Source of the DNA: an uncultured Methanomicrobiales archaeon
GTDB lineage: Archaea; Halobacteriota; Methanomicrobia; Methanomicrobiales; JACTUA01
NCBI GenBank assembly: GCA_964551875.1
Contig: CAZKEV010000007.1
Coordinates: 2,455-66,454 of the forward strand
Length of the DNA stretch: 64,000 bases
Direction of reading: 5' to 3'
How positions within the stretch are numbered: the first letter of the stretch is position 1; every line of letters begins with the position of its first letter. The translations under genes were made by a program, and so were the position numbers. This document shows positions 46,707-56,140 of this stretch, piece after piece. The notes beneath the pieces are model-generated. The model searched no databases, had not been told where the DNA came from, and saw only the letters and a program-made list of their open reading frames with translations.

Positions 46707-47491
46707 GGCGGCACCCCCATGGCCGGCCGGTTCCTCCGGGTGAACTCCCCCACGGTGAACATGTCCTCGGGAACCGGTTTCCCCTCTCCGATGAGCCGGT
46801 TGTACTTCTGGAGGAGAATGGCATGGGTCTTCAGGTACTCGACCGTCTCCGCGACATCCCGGAGCTTGTTCCTCCTCCCGTAAGCGGTGGGGCACTGGGT
46901 GAGGACCTCGATGAGGGAGAAGCCCGGCGTCTCGAGGCCTGTCTGGATGGCCCTCGTCAGCTCCTTTACATGGTAGGATGTCCAGCGGGCCACGTGGTTC
47001 GCCCCTGCCGCCACGGCGAGGGCCGAGAGGTCAAAGACGCCCTCTCCCGAACCATAGGGCGTGGTGGTGGTGATAGCCCCCCTTGGGGTGGTGGGGGACC
47101 CCTGCCCGCCGGTCATCCCGTAGATCCAGTTGTTCATGCAGATGACGGTCATGTCCACGTTCCTCCGGCAGGAGTGGATGAAATGGTTCCCCCCGATGGC
47201 GGCGAGATCCCCGTCCCCTGTGAAGACCACCACGTGGAGATCGGGCCGTGCTAGTTTGATCCCCGTAGCAAAGGCGAGCGCCCTCCCATGGGTGGTGTGG
47301 AGCGAGTCTGTCTTTATGTATCCCGGCGCCCGCGACGAGCACCCGATCCCCGAGACAAAGACCGTCTCCTCCCACTTCCAGGCAAGGGTATCCACGGCAT
47401 GGAGGGTGCAGTTGATGACCGTCCCGTTCCCGCACCCGACGCAGTAGATGGTCGGGAGCCGGTCGACCCTGTACCAGTCCCTGAAACTCAT
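46703..47491 (-). CDS. korB: 2-oxoglutarate:ferredoxin oxidoreductase beta subunit
   Basis: CVGCG, SGIGCS, HTTHGRA and GDGDLAAIGGNH motifs. Confidence 0.92.
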   Translation of the reverse strand: MSFRDWYRVDRLPTIYCVGCGNGTVINCTLHAVDTLAWKWEETVFVSGIGCSSRAPGYIKTDSLHTTHGRALAFATGIKLARPDLHVVVFTGDGDLAAIGGNHFIHSCRRNVDMTVICMNNWIYGMTGGQGSPTTPRGAITTTTPYGSGEGVFDLSALAVAAGANHVARWTSYHVKELTRAIQTGLETPGFSLIEVLTQCPTAYGRRNKLRDVAETVEYLKTHAILLQKYNRLIGEGKPVPEDMFTVGEFTRRNRPAMGVPP

Positions 47492-48588
47492 CGGGAACCC
47501 TCCAGGGCCCTCGCCAGATCATCCGGCGTGTGGAGCTCCCCGCCGATCTTGGGGACAGGGATGACCGGTACATCGGTGTGCCGCTCCATCTCCCGGGCCA
47601 TCTGCCCGAGGTTCATCTCGGGGAAGAGGAAGGACTTTGCATCCGGAAACTCCGAGAGCGCAAATTCAGGGAAAGGCCAGACGACACGGAGCTGGAGATG
47701 ACCAATCTCCTCCTTCGGGCGGTCGTGGAGCACCTGGTGTACCGTGCGGGTCGGCGCCCCGTAGGAGACAAAGACCTGTTCCGCGTCCGGGTTCGTGACC
47801 TGGTAATCCGCTATCTCCCGGCGGGCCGATTCCACCTTCCGGACGAGGCGCATGACGAGCTTCTCGTGGGCCTTCGGGTTCGTGGCCGCCGGGTAGCCGC
47901 GCTCGTCATGGGTGAGGCCGGTCACGTGTACACCGTAGCCCTCACCGAAGGTCGGGAAGCCAGGGATATCATCCTCTCCCGCCTTGAAGGGGAGGATGCC
48001 GGGATCGAGCTTCTTCCGTGGGGCCACCTCCACCGAGTCGGGGATGGTCAGCCTCTCCCGCATGTGGCCGATGATCTCGTCTGCCATGATGAAGGTGGGG
48101 ACCCGGTAGCGTTCGGAGAGGTTGAAGGCCTTCACCGTGAGCTCGAACATCTCCTGGACCGAGGCAGGAGAGAGCGCGATGATGCTGTAGTCCCCGTGGG
48201 ACCCGAACCGGCACTGGAGCATGTCCCCCTGGGCCCCGAGGGTGGGCTGGCCGGTTGAGGGACCCCCCCGCTGGATGTTCACGATGACGCAGGGGGTCTC
48301 GGTCATGGCCGCGTAGCCGATGTTCTCCATCATCAGGGAGAAGCCCGGCCCGCTCGTGGCCGTCATGGCGCGTGCACCTGTCCAGGAAGCCCCGATCACC
48401 GCCGCTATGGAGGCGATCTCGTCCTCCATCTGGATGAAGACCCCCTTTGTCTTCGGGAGCTTCACCGCCATGTGCTCTGCCACCTCGGTGGAGGGTGTGA
48501 TGGGGTAGCCTGCAAAGAACCGGCAGCCGGCAGCAAGCGCCCCCTCGGCGCAGGCCGTGTTCCCCTGCATGAACTCAAGCCGGCTCAA
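47488..48588 (-). CDS. korA: 2-oxoglutarate:ferredoxin oxidoreductase alpha subunit
   Basis: GYPITPSTE, QMEDEIAS, ATSGPG and QRGGPSTG motifs. Confidence 0.92.
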   Translation of the reverse strand: MSRLEFMQGNTACAEGALAAGCRFFAGYPITPSTEVAEHMAVKLPKTKGVFIQMEDEIASIAAVIGASWTGARAMTATSGPGFSLMMENIGYAAMTETPCVIVNIQRGGPSTGQPTLGAQGDMLQCRFGSHGDYSIIALSPASVQEMFELTVKAFNLSERYRVPTFIMADEIIGHMRERLTIPDSVEVAPRKKLDPGILPFKAGEDDIPGFPTFGEGYGVHVTGLTHDERGYPAATNPKAHEKLVMRLVRKVESARREIADYQVTNPDAEQVFVSYGAPTRTVHQVLHDRPKEEIGHLQLRVVWPFPEFALSEFPDAKSFLFPEMNLGQMAREMERHTDVPVIPVPKIGGELHTPDDLARALEGSR

Positions 48589-48857
48589 AACTCGATCGCC
48601 ACCTTCTGGGGCTCGTTCTCTCTCTCGTCATCCCAGCTGATGGCCTGGTCAGGGCAGATCATCTGGCAGAGGCCGCAGAGGGTCCTGCCATAGAGGCGCT
48701 GGAGCCGGCAGTTGGGGCAGCGCTCGGGGCGGTCAAGCTCAGGGAGGATGATTCCCCGCTCGTTCTGGGCCTTCCCCTCCTTGAAGATCCGGTAGGGGCA
48801 GACGAGCATGCAGAGGTTGCACCCCTTGCACCGGTCGCTGTCGATGACGAGCTTCAT
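48585..48857 (-). CDS. korD: 2-oxoglutarate oxidoreductase delta subunit (ferredoxin)
   Basis: CKGCNLCMLVCP and C..C...CGLCQMICPDQAI, at the head of the kor cluster. Confidence 0.88.
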   Translation of the reverse strand: MKLVIDSDRCKGCNLCMLVCPYRIFKEGKAQNERGIILPELDRPERCPNCRLQRLYGRTLCGLCQMICPDQAISWDDERENEPQKVAIEF

Positions 48858-48867
48858 GGTATGGTTC

Positions 48868-49413
48868 CTACCCAGTATGGAACCGGGCCTGACATTGTGC
48901 TTTCGCTTCCTCCCGGACCCTCCCAAAGAGGTCGTTCCCGTGGGCGTCGATCCCCACGACGAGGGGAAGGTGGTCGACCCCGATCACCCAGACCGCCTCG
49001 GCCATGCCGAGGTCAGGGAAGTGGACTCCCAAAAGATGCATCCGCGAGGCAGCGAGGGCTGCGCACCCGCCGGTGAAGGCGAGGTAGACCGCCTTTCCCC
49101 GGAGGAGATTGACGACCTCCCTCCCCATGCCCCCTTTCCCGATGATCCCACGGACACCGGCATCGATGAGGAAACCCGTCAGGGAATCCATCCTTGCAGA
49201 AGTCGTGGGACCTGCGGCGATGATCCGCTCCCCTGCCACCACCGGCCCGCAGTGGTAGACAACGGCGCCCCGGGGATCGAAGGGGATCCCCGCCTCCTGC
49301 ATCCGCAGGTGGGCCTCGTCCCTCGCCGTGTACACGACCCCCGACAGGGTGACCCTGTCACCGGCCCGGAGGGAGAGGACCTCCTCGCCCAGGGGGGTGG
49401 TGAGATCGATCAC
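48868..49413 (-). CDS. Fe-S fumarate hydratase class I, beta subunit
   Basis: YTARDEAH, GPTTSARM, IGKGGM and GIDAHG motifs. GTGA overlap with the alpha subunit. Confidence 0.9.
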   Translation of the reverse strand: MIDLTTPLGEEVLSLRAGDRVTLSGVVYTARDEAHLRMQEAGIPFDPRGAVVYHCGPVVAGERIIAAGPTTSARMDSLTGFLIDAGVRGIIGKGGMGREVVNLLRGKAVYLAFTGGCAALAASRMHLLGVHFPDLGMAEAVWVIGVDHLPLVVGIDAHGNDLFGRVREEAKAQCQARFHTG

Positions 49414-50252
49414 TTCCCTGCCTCCACGACTCTTGTTGCCCGCCGGCATGCCCAGCACTGGACGTTCACTGCAACGGGGAGGGATGCGGTATGGCAGGCG
49501 CCTCTCTTCACCTTCACGGCAAGGGCTGTTGTGTCCCCGCCGAGCCCCATGGGGCCTATGCCGAGGGCGTTCACTGCGTCGCAGAGCTTCTGTTCGAAAG
49601 GGTCCATGGTATCGATGGGGAGGAGGAGGGCCTCCTTCGACAGGGCAGCCACTCCATCGAAGGTGGACCCGATCCCAACCCCGAGGATCACGGGCGGGCA
49701 GGGCTTCCCTCCCGCAAGGGCAACCGTCTCAACGATGAACTCCACAACATCCCTCGTCCGGGTGGGGAGGAGCATCCCAATCCGGGAGACATTTTCGGAT
49801 CCGGCGCCCTTGGGGAGGACCGTGACGGTGAGTTCATCCCCGGGCCTGACATGTACTGCGGGGATCCCCGGGCCGGTATTGTCACCGGTATTCTTCCGGG
49901 TGCAGGGGTCGACGGCATTCGGCCGGAGGGGGATCTTTCCGGTGGCAATCCTTACCCCCCGGGCCACGGCATCTTCGAGAGCCCTGGTATAGGGAACATC
50001 GGGAGGCAGGGTAAGGTAAATGACCGGGATGCCGGTGTCCTGGCAGATCAGGGACCTGCCCTTCCTGGCCAGCGCGATGTTTGCGAGGATGTTCTCGAAC
50101 TCCCCGCGGGCTACCGGGTTCCTCTCCCGCTCATAAGCCGACAGTATCGCCCGTTCCACGTCATCGGGGAGCCGGACCTCAGCCTCTGCGAGGGCATCCG
50201 CCGTAGCATCCGCGATAGCCGCGAGGAGGACCGGATCATCGGGATGGCGCAT
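49410..50252 (-). CDS. Fe-S fumarate hydratase class I, alpha subunit
   Basis: CQDTG, LRPNAV, PKGAGSEN, KPCPP and VQCWACR motifs. Confidence 0.92.
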   Translation of the reverse strand: MRHPDDPVLLAAIADATADALAEAEVRLPDDVERAILSAYERERNPVARGEFENILANIALARKGRSLICQDTGIPVIYLTLPPDVPYTRALEDAVARGVRIATGKIPLRPNAVDPCTRKNTGDNTGPGIPAVHVRPGDELTVTVLPKGAGSENVSRIGMLLPTRTRDVVEFIVETVALAGGKPCPPVILGVGIGSTFDGVAALSKEALLLPIDTMDPFEQKLCDAVNALGIGPMGLGGDTTALAVKVKRGACHTASLPVAVNVQCWACRRATRVVEAGK

Positions 50253-50349
50253 TATAAAGGAATAGGGTACAGCGGCGAATAAAAATTTGGATGAATGGTG
50301 TTCCAGAACCAGATGGGTAAAAGAGAATGATGATGGGGAGGGGATGAAT

Positions 50350-51105
50350 TCAGGTCTTTGATTTTTCAGGGTGCTTCTCAGGCCGTTTCTCGCCAGGCTT
50401 CCCGGCTCCCTTCTCTGCTGCCTTCTCGGGCGCCTTCTCGCCGGGCTTCACGGCACCCTTCTCGGCATGCTTCTCGCCCGGTTTCTCGGCTCCCTTCTCC
50501 CCCGCCGCCGCAGGGGCTTCCTCGGCAGCCGCCTCCGGGGCAACCGGGGGCGCAACGACCTTCTCCTCGGCGATCTTCACATGGGTCGCCCTGATCCCCG
50601 AGACCTTATGCTCGGTGATCTCGATCCGGGAGGGGCTGGGGAGCTTGTGGGTGCCGTGGCGCAGGGCGTCCTTCACCTTCTCCAGGTTCTGGGTCAGGGT
50701 ATAGACCGAGAGGATCTTCTGGCCCGGGTGGACCCGTGCCGCGGAGCCCACGGCCTTGCCAAAGGAGAGGCGCATCCCCTCGGAGACACGGTCTGCCCCG
50801 GCCCCGGTCGCCTGCTTGTTCTCCCGGAGGATGTGGTGGGGGTAGACCCGGATCTTCAGCCGGAAGTTCGCCCGTCCCAGCTCCTGGAGCCGGCGGTTGA
50901 TGACCACGCGGGTCGCCTCGAGGGCCGTGTGCCGGATCTGGCACCCCTCCTCGACAATGAGGCTGAGTTCCAGCGGGAACTCCTCGGTGAGGTTCCCCAT
51001 GTCGAACTGGACCAGCTTGGACCCGGGTACGCCACCCATGTATTCACGCCGCGTGTACGCCATCTTGGCGAGGTTCCTGTACATCCTTCCCGGTTTCCTG
51101 ACCAT
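50350..51105 (-). CDS. rpl10e: 50S ribosomal protein uL16 (L10e) with a long K/E-rich repetitive C-terminal tail
   Basis: [17 protein letters not shown] and [20 protein letters not shown] motifs, followed by an ~80-aa extension. Confidence 0.96.
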   Translation of the reverse strand: MVRKPGRMYRNLAKMAYTRREYMGGVPGSKLVQFDMGNLTEEFPLELSLIVEEGCQIRHTALEATRVVINRRLQELGRANFRLKIRVYPHHILRENKQATGAGADRVSEGMRLSFGKAVGSAARVHPGQKILSVYTLTQNLEKVKDALRHGTHKLPSPSRIEITEHKVSGIRATHVKIAEEKVVAPPVAPEAAAEEAPAAAGEKGAEKPGEKHAEKGAVKPGEKAPEKAAEKGAGKPGEKRPEKHPEKSKT

Positions 51106-51167
51106 TCGAGAACACCCTCACGGGACTTCGTGCTTTATAAAAAGGAGGTCTGGTTTCATAAACCTTG

Positions 51168-51926
51168 CTAATCCGAGGACCCCCCGGAGATCAGATCGAG
51201 GACATGGCGCCGGATCTCGACGAAGTCCCTGCAGGTCCGGTCCCTCGGGTGCGCACACTTAGTCACGGGGACGATCTCGCGGATCCTCCCGGGCCTCTCG
51301 GTGAGGACCACGATCCGGTCGGCGAGGAAGACCGCCTCGTCGACGCTGTGGGTGACGAAGAGGATGGTCTTCCGGGTCTTCCTCCAGATCTCCTGGAGCT
51401 CCGTCTGCATCAGGTTCCTCGTCTGGGCGTCGAGGGCCCCGAAGGGCTCGTCCATGAGGAGGACCCTCGGCTCGGTCGCGAGCGCCCGGGCGACCGCGAC
51501 CCGTTGCCGCATCCCGCCCGAGAGCTCGTAGGGGAGGTTCTTCTCAAAGGAGGAGAGCCCCACAAGGTCCAGGTACTTCCTGGCGGCGGCTATCCGGTCT
51601 TCACGGTCCATCCCCTGCACCTCCAGCCCGAAGGCAACGTTCTCGAGGACCGTCCGCCAGGGGAAGAGGGAGTACTCCTGGAAGATCATGGCGATCCGGC
51701 GTGAAGGGCCGGAGAGGGCCTCCCCGTCCACCTGGATCGATCCTGATGTCGGGGTGTCGAGGCCGGCTATGATCCTGAGGAGGGTCGTCTTCCCGCACCC
51801 CGATGGCCCGAGGATGCAGAGGAACTCCTCGTCCTCGACCGTCAGGTTGATCCCCTCCAGGGCGGGGACCGCCGCACCATTCCCGGTGATAAAGACCTTG
51901 GAGAGGTCGTGGATCGCGAGCTTCAC
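51168..51926 (-). CDS. ABC transporter ATP-binding protein (SsuB/TauB/NrtD type)
   Basis: GPSGCGKT, LSGGMRQR, LLMDEPF and FVTH motifs. Confidence 0.93.
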   Translation of the reverse strand: MKLAIHDLSKVFITGNGAAVPALEGINLTVEDEEFLCILGPSGCGKTTLLRIIAGLDTPTSGSIQVDGEALSGPSRRIAMIFQEYSLFPWRTVLENVAFGLEVQGMDREDRIAAARKYLDLVGLSSFEKNLPYELSGGMRQRVAVARALATEPRVLLMDEPFGALDAQTRNLMQTELQEIWRKTRKTILFVTHSVDEAVFLADRIVVLTERPGRIREIVPVTKCAHPRDRTCRDFVEIRRHVLDLISGGSSD

Positions 51927-52684
51927 CGCTCGAGCCCCCTCCAGCAGAACCAGCGATCCTCCACCGAACGGAAGAGGAAATCAAACGCGATCCCGATGAT
52001 CCCGATGGTGATCATCCCTGCGATGATGTAGTGCATCTGCCCGAAGTTGTAGGCATAGAGGGTCAGGTAGCCGAGGCCCGAGGTTGTCCCCGGGAGCCAC
52101 TCGGCGGCGATGACACACATCCATGCGATCCCGAACCCGACCCGGAGGCCGGTCCAGATGATGGGGGCCGCCCCGGGCAGGACCACCTTTGCGAGGACCT
52201 GCCGCTCGGATGCCCCCAGGGTCTGGGCGACCTCGACCCAGGTCCTCTTGATCGCCCTCACACCGTCGATGGTATTGAGCAGGATGGGGAAGAAGGCCCC
52301 GAGGAAGATGATGAAGACCATGGAGTTGATACCCACCGAGAACCAGGCGATGGCGAGGGGGCCCCACGCAAGTGGCGGGATCGGCCGGAGGAGCTGGATA
52401 GTGGTGTCTACCAGGGCATCGAGACGCTGCGACCAGCCCATCCCGACCCCGAGGGGGATCGCTATCCCGAGGGCAACGAGGAAACCGGCCCCCACCCTCT
52501 CGAGGGATACGAGGGCATTGTGCACCAGGCTCCCGGTCCCGAGGATATCCACCGTGGGGTCGAGGAGCACCGGGATCACGGTCTCCAGCCTCGGGAGGAT
52601 GAACTGGTTGTTAATGGAGCGTGCCGCGATCTCCCAGACGATGAGGAGGAGGATGGGGAGGATGATGCCGAGAGGTCTTCTCAT
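51923..52684 (-). CDS. ABC transporter permease (SsuC/TauC type)
   Basis: LRPIPPLAW, FFPILLNT and WMCVIAAE motifs plus an EAA-like loop. Confidence 0.93.
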   Translation of the reverse strand: MRRPLGIILPILLLIVWEIAARSINNQFILPRLETVIPVLLDPTVDILGTGSLVHNALVSLERVGAGFLVALGIAIPLGVGMGWSQRLDALVDTTIQLLRPIPPLAWGPLAIAWFSVGINSMVFIIFLGAFFPILLNTIDGVRAIKRTWVEVAQTLGASERQVLAKVVLPGAAPIIWTGLRVGFGIAWMCVIAAEWLPGTTSGLGYLTLYAYNFGQMHYIIAGMITIGIIGIAFDFLFRSVEDRWFCWRGLER

Positions 52685-52689
52685 GCCCT

Positions 52690-53895
52690 CTAAGCCTGTA
52701 CCTCCTTTACGGATAAACCGCTCTCCTCAAGGGCATAGCGGAGCATGACGTCCTGGATGGATCCCTTGCCGGGCGCTGCCATCTTGATGGGCTTCCCTGC
52801 TGCCGACCGCTCCTTTGCCCACTGAACAAAGGATGCCCAATCGGTCGCAGGAGAGTCCGTGACAACGACAACCCCCGAGCCCTCATTGTTCAGGGCCATG
52901 AGGATCTTGAGGGGCGTCCCTTTATCGATGGCCGAGATGGCAGGCGGGTTCCCCACGTAAGCTACCTGGATGGTATTCGTTGCCGCGAGCTGCATCAGCT
53001 GGGGCCCGGCATCGGCCGGGATGAGCTTCAGGGTGGCCACCTTCCTGCCCTTCACCAGGAGGTCAACGAGATCAGGCCTCGTAGCTGTCGGGTCCTCGGG
53101 TTTCAGCGCGATCCCGTAGGTATCGTTGAAGTACTGCCATTTCTTCACCGCAACGAAGAGGGATGCGTGGTGGTCCGAGAGGAGATACCCAACCCCTACG
53201 GTGTTTGCCTCTGCAGGCGGAACGGCGATGCTCTTCGCATCGATCATAGCCTTGGCCCGGGTGTAGGGACCGGTGTCGAAGAGGATGGCCCTCGATTGCG
53301 CATCGCTCGTGTTCTTGAGGCTCCCGGTGATGGCCCCGAGCTCCCTGAGCGCATAGACGAACTCGACCTGGCCGGCCATCCACTGTTCAGAGGGCTCGTT
53401 CACGAACTTCACTGTGGGGAATGCACGGTTCAGGACATCGACCGAGGAGACGGTGACATTCCCGTAGGTGAAGTTCCCTTTCCCGGCGAGCCAGTCTGCG
53501 ACGATATCGGCAGCCTCGGAGGGATGATCGGTTATGTACTGGGTGGCAAGGATAGTGGCCGCTCCCATGGCATCAACGAATGCCGGGTTGCTGCTCATGA
53601 GGTCAGTCCGTGCGGTGAGCACGCAGCACGGGTGGTTCTTCCACCGATCATCAGGCGGGAGGTTCCCTGAATAAGTGATGACCTTCCCGATGTGCGCCAC
53701 GGGGGCCACCTCCACGAAGGGCTGCCATGCGATGTACCCGTCGATCTGCTTTGTGGCAAGGAGGGTGGGCATGGGGCCGGTCCCCTTGGTGTAGAGGATC
53801 CCCACGTCACCGGTTGCCTGCTGTGTCGTGGTGCATCCGGCAGCGATGAGGAGGACCGCCAGGCACCCGAGGAGGAGGATTCGCATCCCTTTCAT
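52690..53895 (-). CDS. ABC substrate-binding lipoprotein (SsuA/NrtA/NMT1-like), circularly permuted
   Basis: Lipobox LLIAAGC. Family motifs DGYIAWQPF, HPCCV, GYLLSDHH, NNEGSG and PGKGSIQD are present, but the halves are in swapped order. Start uncertain (53886, 53895 or 53934). Confidence 0.85.
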   Translation of the reverse strand: MKGMRILLLGCLAVLLIAAGCTTTQQATGDVGILYTKGTGPMPTLLATKQIDGYIAWQPFVEVAPVAHIGKVITYSGNLPPDDRWKNHPCCVLTARTDLMSSNPAFVDAMGAATILATQYITDHPSEAADIVADWLAGKGNFTYGNVTVSSVDVLNRAFPTVKFVNEPSEQWMAGQVEFVYALRELGAITGSLKNTSDAQSRAILFDTGPYTRAKAMIDAKSIAVPPAEANTVGVGYLLSDHHASLFVAVKKWQYFNDTYGIALKPEDPTATRPDLVDLLVKGRKVATLKLIPADAGPQLMQLAATNTIQVAYVGNPPAISAIDKGTPLKILMALNNEGSGVVVVTDSPATDWASFVQWAKERSAAGKPIKMAAPGKGSIQDVMLRYALEESGLSVKEVQA

Positions 53896-54010
53896 GCAGG
53901 TTATTGAACCCGGTAAGCTCATAAAATGTTCCATTCTACCTCAAAAATGTCTACAATAAGATACTATTATAGTTTTATTGATACAATACGCTTGTTTTTT
54001 CTTCTTTTAT

Positions 54011-54046
54011 GTCCAGTCTGAGTCAGGAAAAGCATTCCTGTTGGAC
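54011..54046. promoter_or_regulatory. Nested inverted repeat between the divergent ABC operon and the HTH regulator
   Basis: CAGGAA-N5-TTCCTG (54024-54040), flanked by GTCCA (54011-54015) and TGGAC (54042-54046). Confidence 0.4.
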
Positions 54047-54091
54047 AAGAAGGTTTTTTACCTGAAAGAAATATCCCTTCTGTGTCATTCC

Positions 54092-54628
54092 ATGGTCCGC
54101 CTTGACCCCATCGACCGCCTCCTCCGGGCATCCATGCTCTCGGACGAGGACTTCGTGGCAATGCTGAACGGGATCCTGAAGACCGACATGCGGATGACCG
54201 TCCGCGAGCTCTCGGAGAGGAGCGGGGTAGCTGCCTCCTCCCTGTACAAGATCCTCCACGGGAAGCGGTCTCCCAACCTCTCCACCCTCCGCGCCATCGT
54301 GGGCGCCCTGCGGCATGTCTCGAACCCCGGGGGGGACGAGGAGTTCATCGGGGTCATCGCGGCCCGCCAGACGCTGGACGGGATCGAGGAGCGGGTGGCC
54401 GTGGTGGACGGGAAGAGGGTAAGGGTACGTGAGTACGCCGTCCATACCATCGAGGATGCCATCGTTGCCGCGGTCCGCGCCGAGCGGGAGGGGGCCCGGG
54501 GCATCGTCTGTGCCCCCATCGTCTCCTCGACCATTGAGGAGCTCGTCTCCATCCCCGTGGCGACCATCATCCCCAGGGAGAGCGTCCAGCAGGCCATCGA
54601 GCTCGCGGCCCGGAAGGCATGGCATTAA
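54092..54628 (+). CDS. XRE-family HTH transcriptional regulator
   Basis: MTVRELSERSGVAASSLYKILHGKRSPNLSTL HTH plus a C-terminal alpha/beta domain (IVCAPIV). Divergent from the ABC operon. Confidence 0.85.
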   Translation: MVRLDPIDRLLRASMLSDEDFVAMLNGILKTDMRMTVRELSERSGVAASSLYKILHGKRSPNLSTLRAIVGALRHVSNPGGDEEFIGVIAARQTLDGIEERVAVVDGKRVRVREYAVHTIEDAIVAAVRAEREGARGIVCAPIVSSTIEELVSIPVATIIPRESVQQAIELAARKAWH

Positions 54629-54661
54629 GGGGCGCGTGCCAGAACATTGTTAGGTGAGAGG

Positions 54662-56140
54662 ATGCACGAGGATCAGATACGGAGAGGCCGGCTTGGGGGG
54701 GAGCGGGGGTGCGATGTCTCCCGCTTCCTCTCCTCCATGGAGGCCGACCGGAAGATCGCCGGGGCAGACATACAGGTGGACATGGCCCACCTCCTCATGC
54801 TCCGGCGCCAGGACCTCATCGGGGAGGAGCATGCCCGGGCCATCATGGAGCTCCTCATCGGGTTCTCCGACGATGGACTGCCTGATGAGGTCTTCGACGA
54901 CCGTTTCGAGGATATCCATGCAGGGATTGAAGCATACCTGATCGATCGCCTCGGGGAAGAGACAGGAGGGAGGATCCATACGGGCCGTTCCCGGAACGAT
55001 GAGGTAGCTGCCTGCATCCGGATCCGGGCCCGGGAAGAGCTTATCGGGATCATGGAGGCCACGAACCGGATCCGCGAGGTGCTCATCACCCTCGCAGGTG
55101 AACACACGGGTACGATGATGCCCGGGTTCACCCACCTCCAACACGCCCAGCCCACCACCCTCGCCCACCATCTCCTGGCTTACGAGGGGGCCTTCGCGAG
55201 GGACTATGCCAGGCTTCACTCGGCCTTCGCGAGGGTGAACGAATCCCCCCTTGGTGCCGCCGCCTTCGCTTCGACGGGGTTCCCCATCGACCGCGATTAC
55301 ACGGCAAAACTCCTCGGGTTCGACGGGCTCGTGGAGAACTCCATGGACGCAGTCTCATCACGGGACTTCCTCCTGGAGGTCCTCTCTGCCTGCGCCATCC
55401 TCTCCGCGACGGCGAGCCGGCTCTCCACCGACCTCATCCTCTGGTCGAGCCCCCTGGCCGGCTTCGTCACCCTCGCCGATGCCTACTGCTCCTCCTCATC
55501 CATCATGCCCCAGAAGAAGAACCCCGATACCCTGGAGATCCTCCGGGCGAAGTCGGGGACGGTGCTCGGGTCCCTCACCGCAGCCCTCGCCATCGTGAGG
55601 GGGCTCCCCATGAGCTACAACCGCGACCTCCAGGAGGCCACCCCCCACCTCTGGCAGGGGATCTCAGCCGTCAGGGAAGGGATCCCCATCCTCGCCGAGG
55701 TCCTCGCGACCGCGTCTTTCCACCCCAACCGGATGGAGGAGGAGGCCGGGAGGGGGTTCTCCACTGCGACGGAGCTCGCCGACCGGCTCGTGCGGGACCT
55801 CGAAATCCCCTTCCGCACCGCCCACACCATCGTCGGGAAGGCAGTGCGGGCGGGCAGCCTTGATACGAAGACCCTGGAGGAGGCCGCCAGGGAGGTTTTC
55901 GGCATCTCTCTCAAGGGACTGGGGCTGACCCGGGAGATGGTGGAGAACGCCCTCGAGGTTCGGTCCATGGTCAGTGCCCGGAAGGTGACCGGAGGGCCTG
56001 CGCCCGTTGCTGTGAAGAAGGCGCTCAAAGGGCGGAAGGAGCAGCTGCGGAAGGATAGGGCGGCAACCGCCTTCCTCGACAGGAAGATCAGGGAGGCCCG
56101 GGAGCACCTCCTCTCCGAGGCACGGGGGCTTCTTGCGTGA
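54662..56140 (+). CDS. argH: Argininosuccinate lyase
   Basis: HTGRSRND, PGFTHLQHAQ, SSIMPQKKNPD and SYNRDLQE motifs. Confidence 0.96.
   Translation: MHEDQIRRGRLGGERGCDVSRFLSSMEADRKIAGADIQVDMAHLLMLRRQDLIGEEHARAIMELLIGFSDDGLPDEVFDDRFEDIHAGIEAYLIDRLGEETGGRIHTGRSRNDEVAACIRIRAREELIGIMEATNRIREVLITLAGEHTGTMMPGFTHLQHAQPTTLAHHLLAYEGAFARDYARLHSAFARVNESPLGAAAFASTGFPIDRDYTAKLLGFDGLVENSMDAVSSRDFLLEVLSACAILSATASRLSTDLILWSSPLAGFVTLADAYCSSSSIMPQKKNPDTLEILRAKSGTVLGSLTAALAIVRGLPMSYNRDLQEATPHLWQGISAVREGIPILAEVLATASFHPNRMEEEAGRGFSTATELADRLVRDLEIPFRTAHTIVGKAVRAGSLDTKTLEEAAREVFGISLKGLGLTREMVENALEVRSMVSARKVTGGPAPVAVKKALKGRKEQLRKDRAATAFLDRKIREAREHLLSEARGLLA

Noticed and set aside
54026-54038. NrpR operator
   Set aside because: The spacer is 5 nt, not the established 6 nt, so it is kept only as a generic palindrome.
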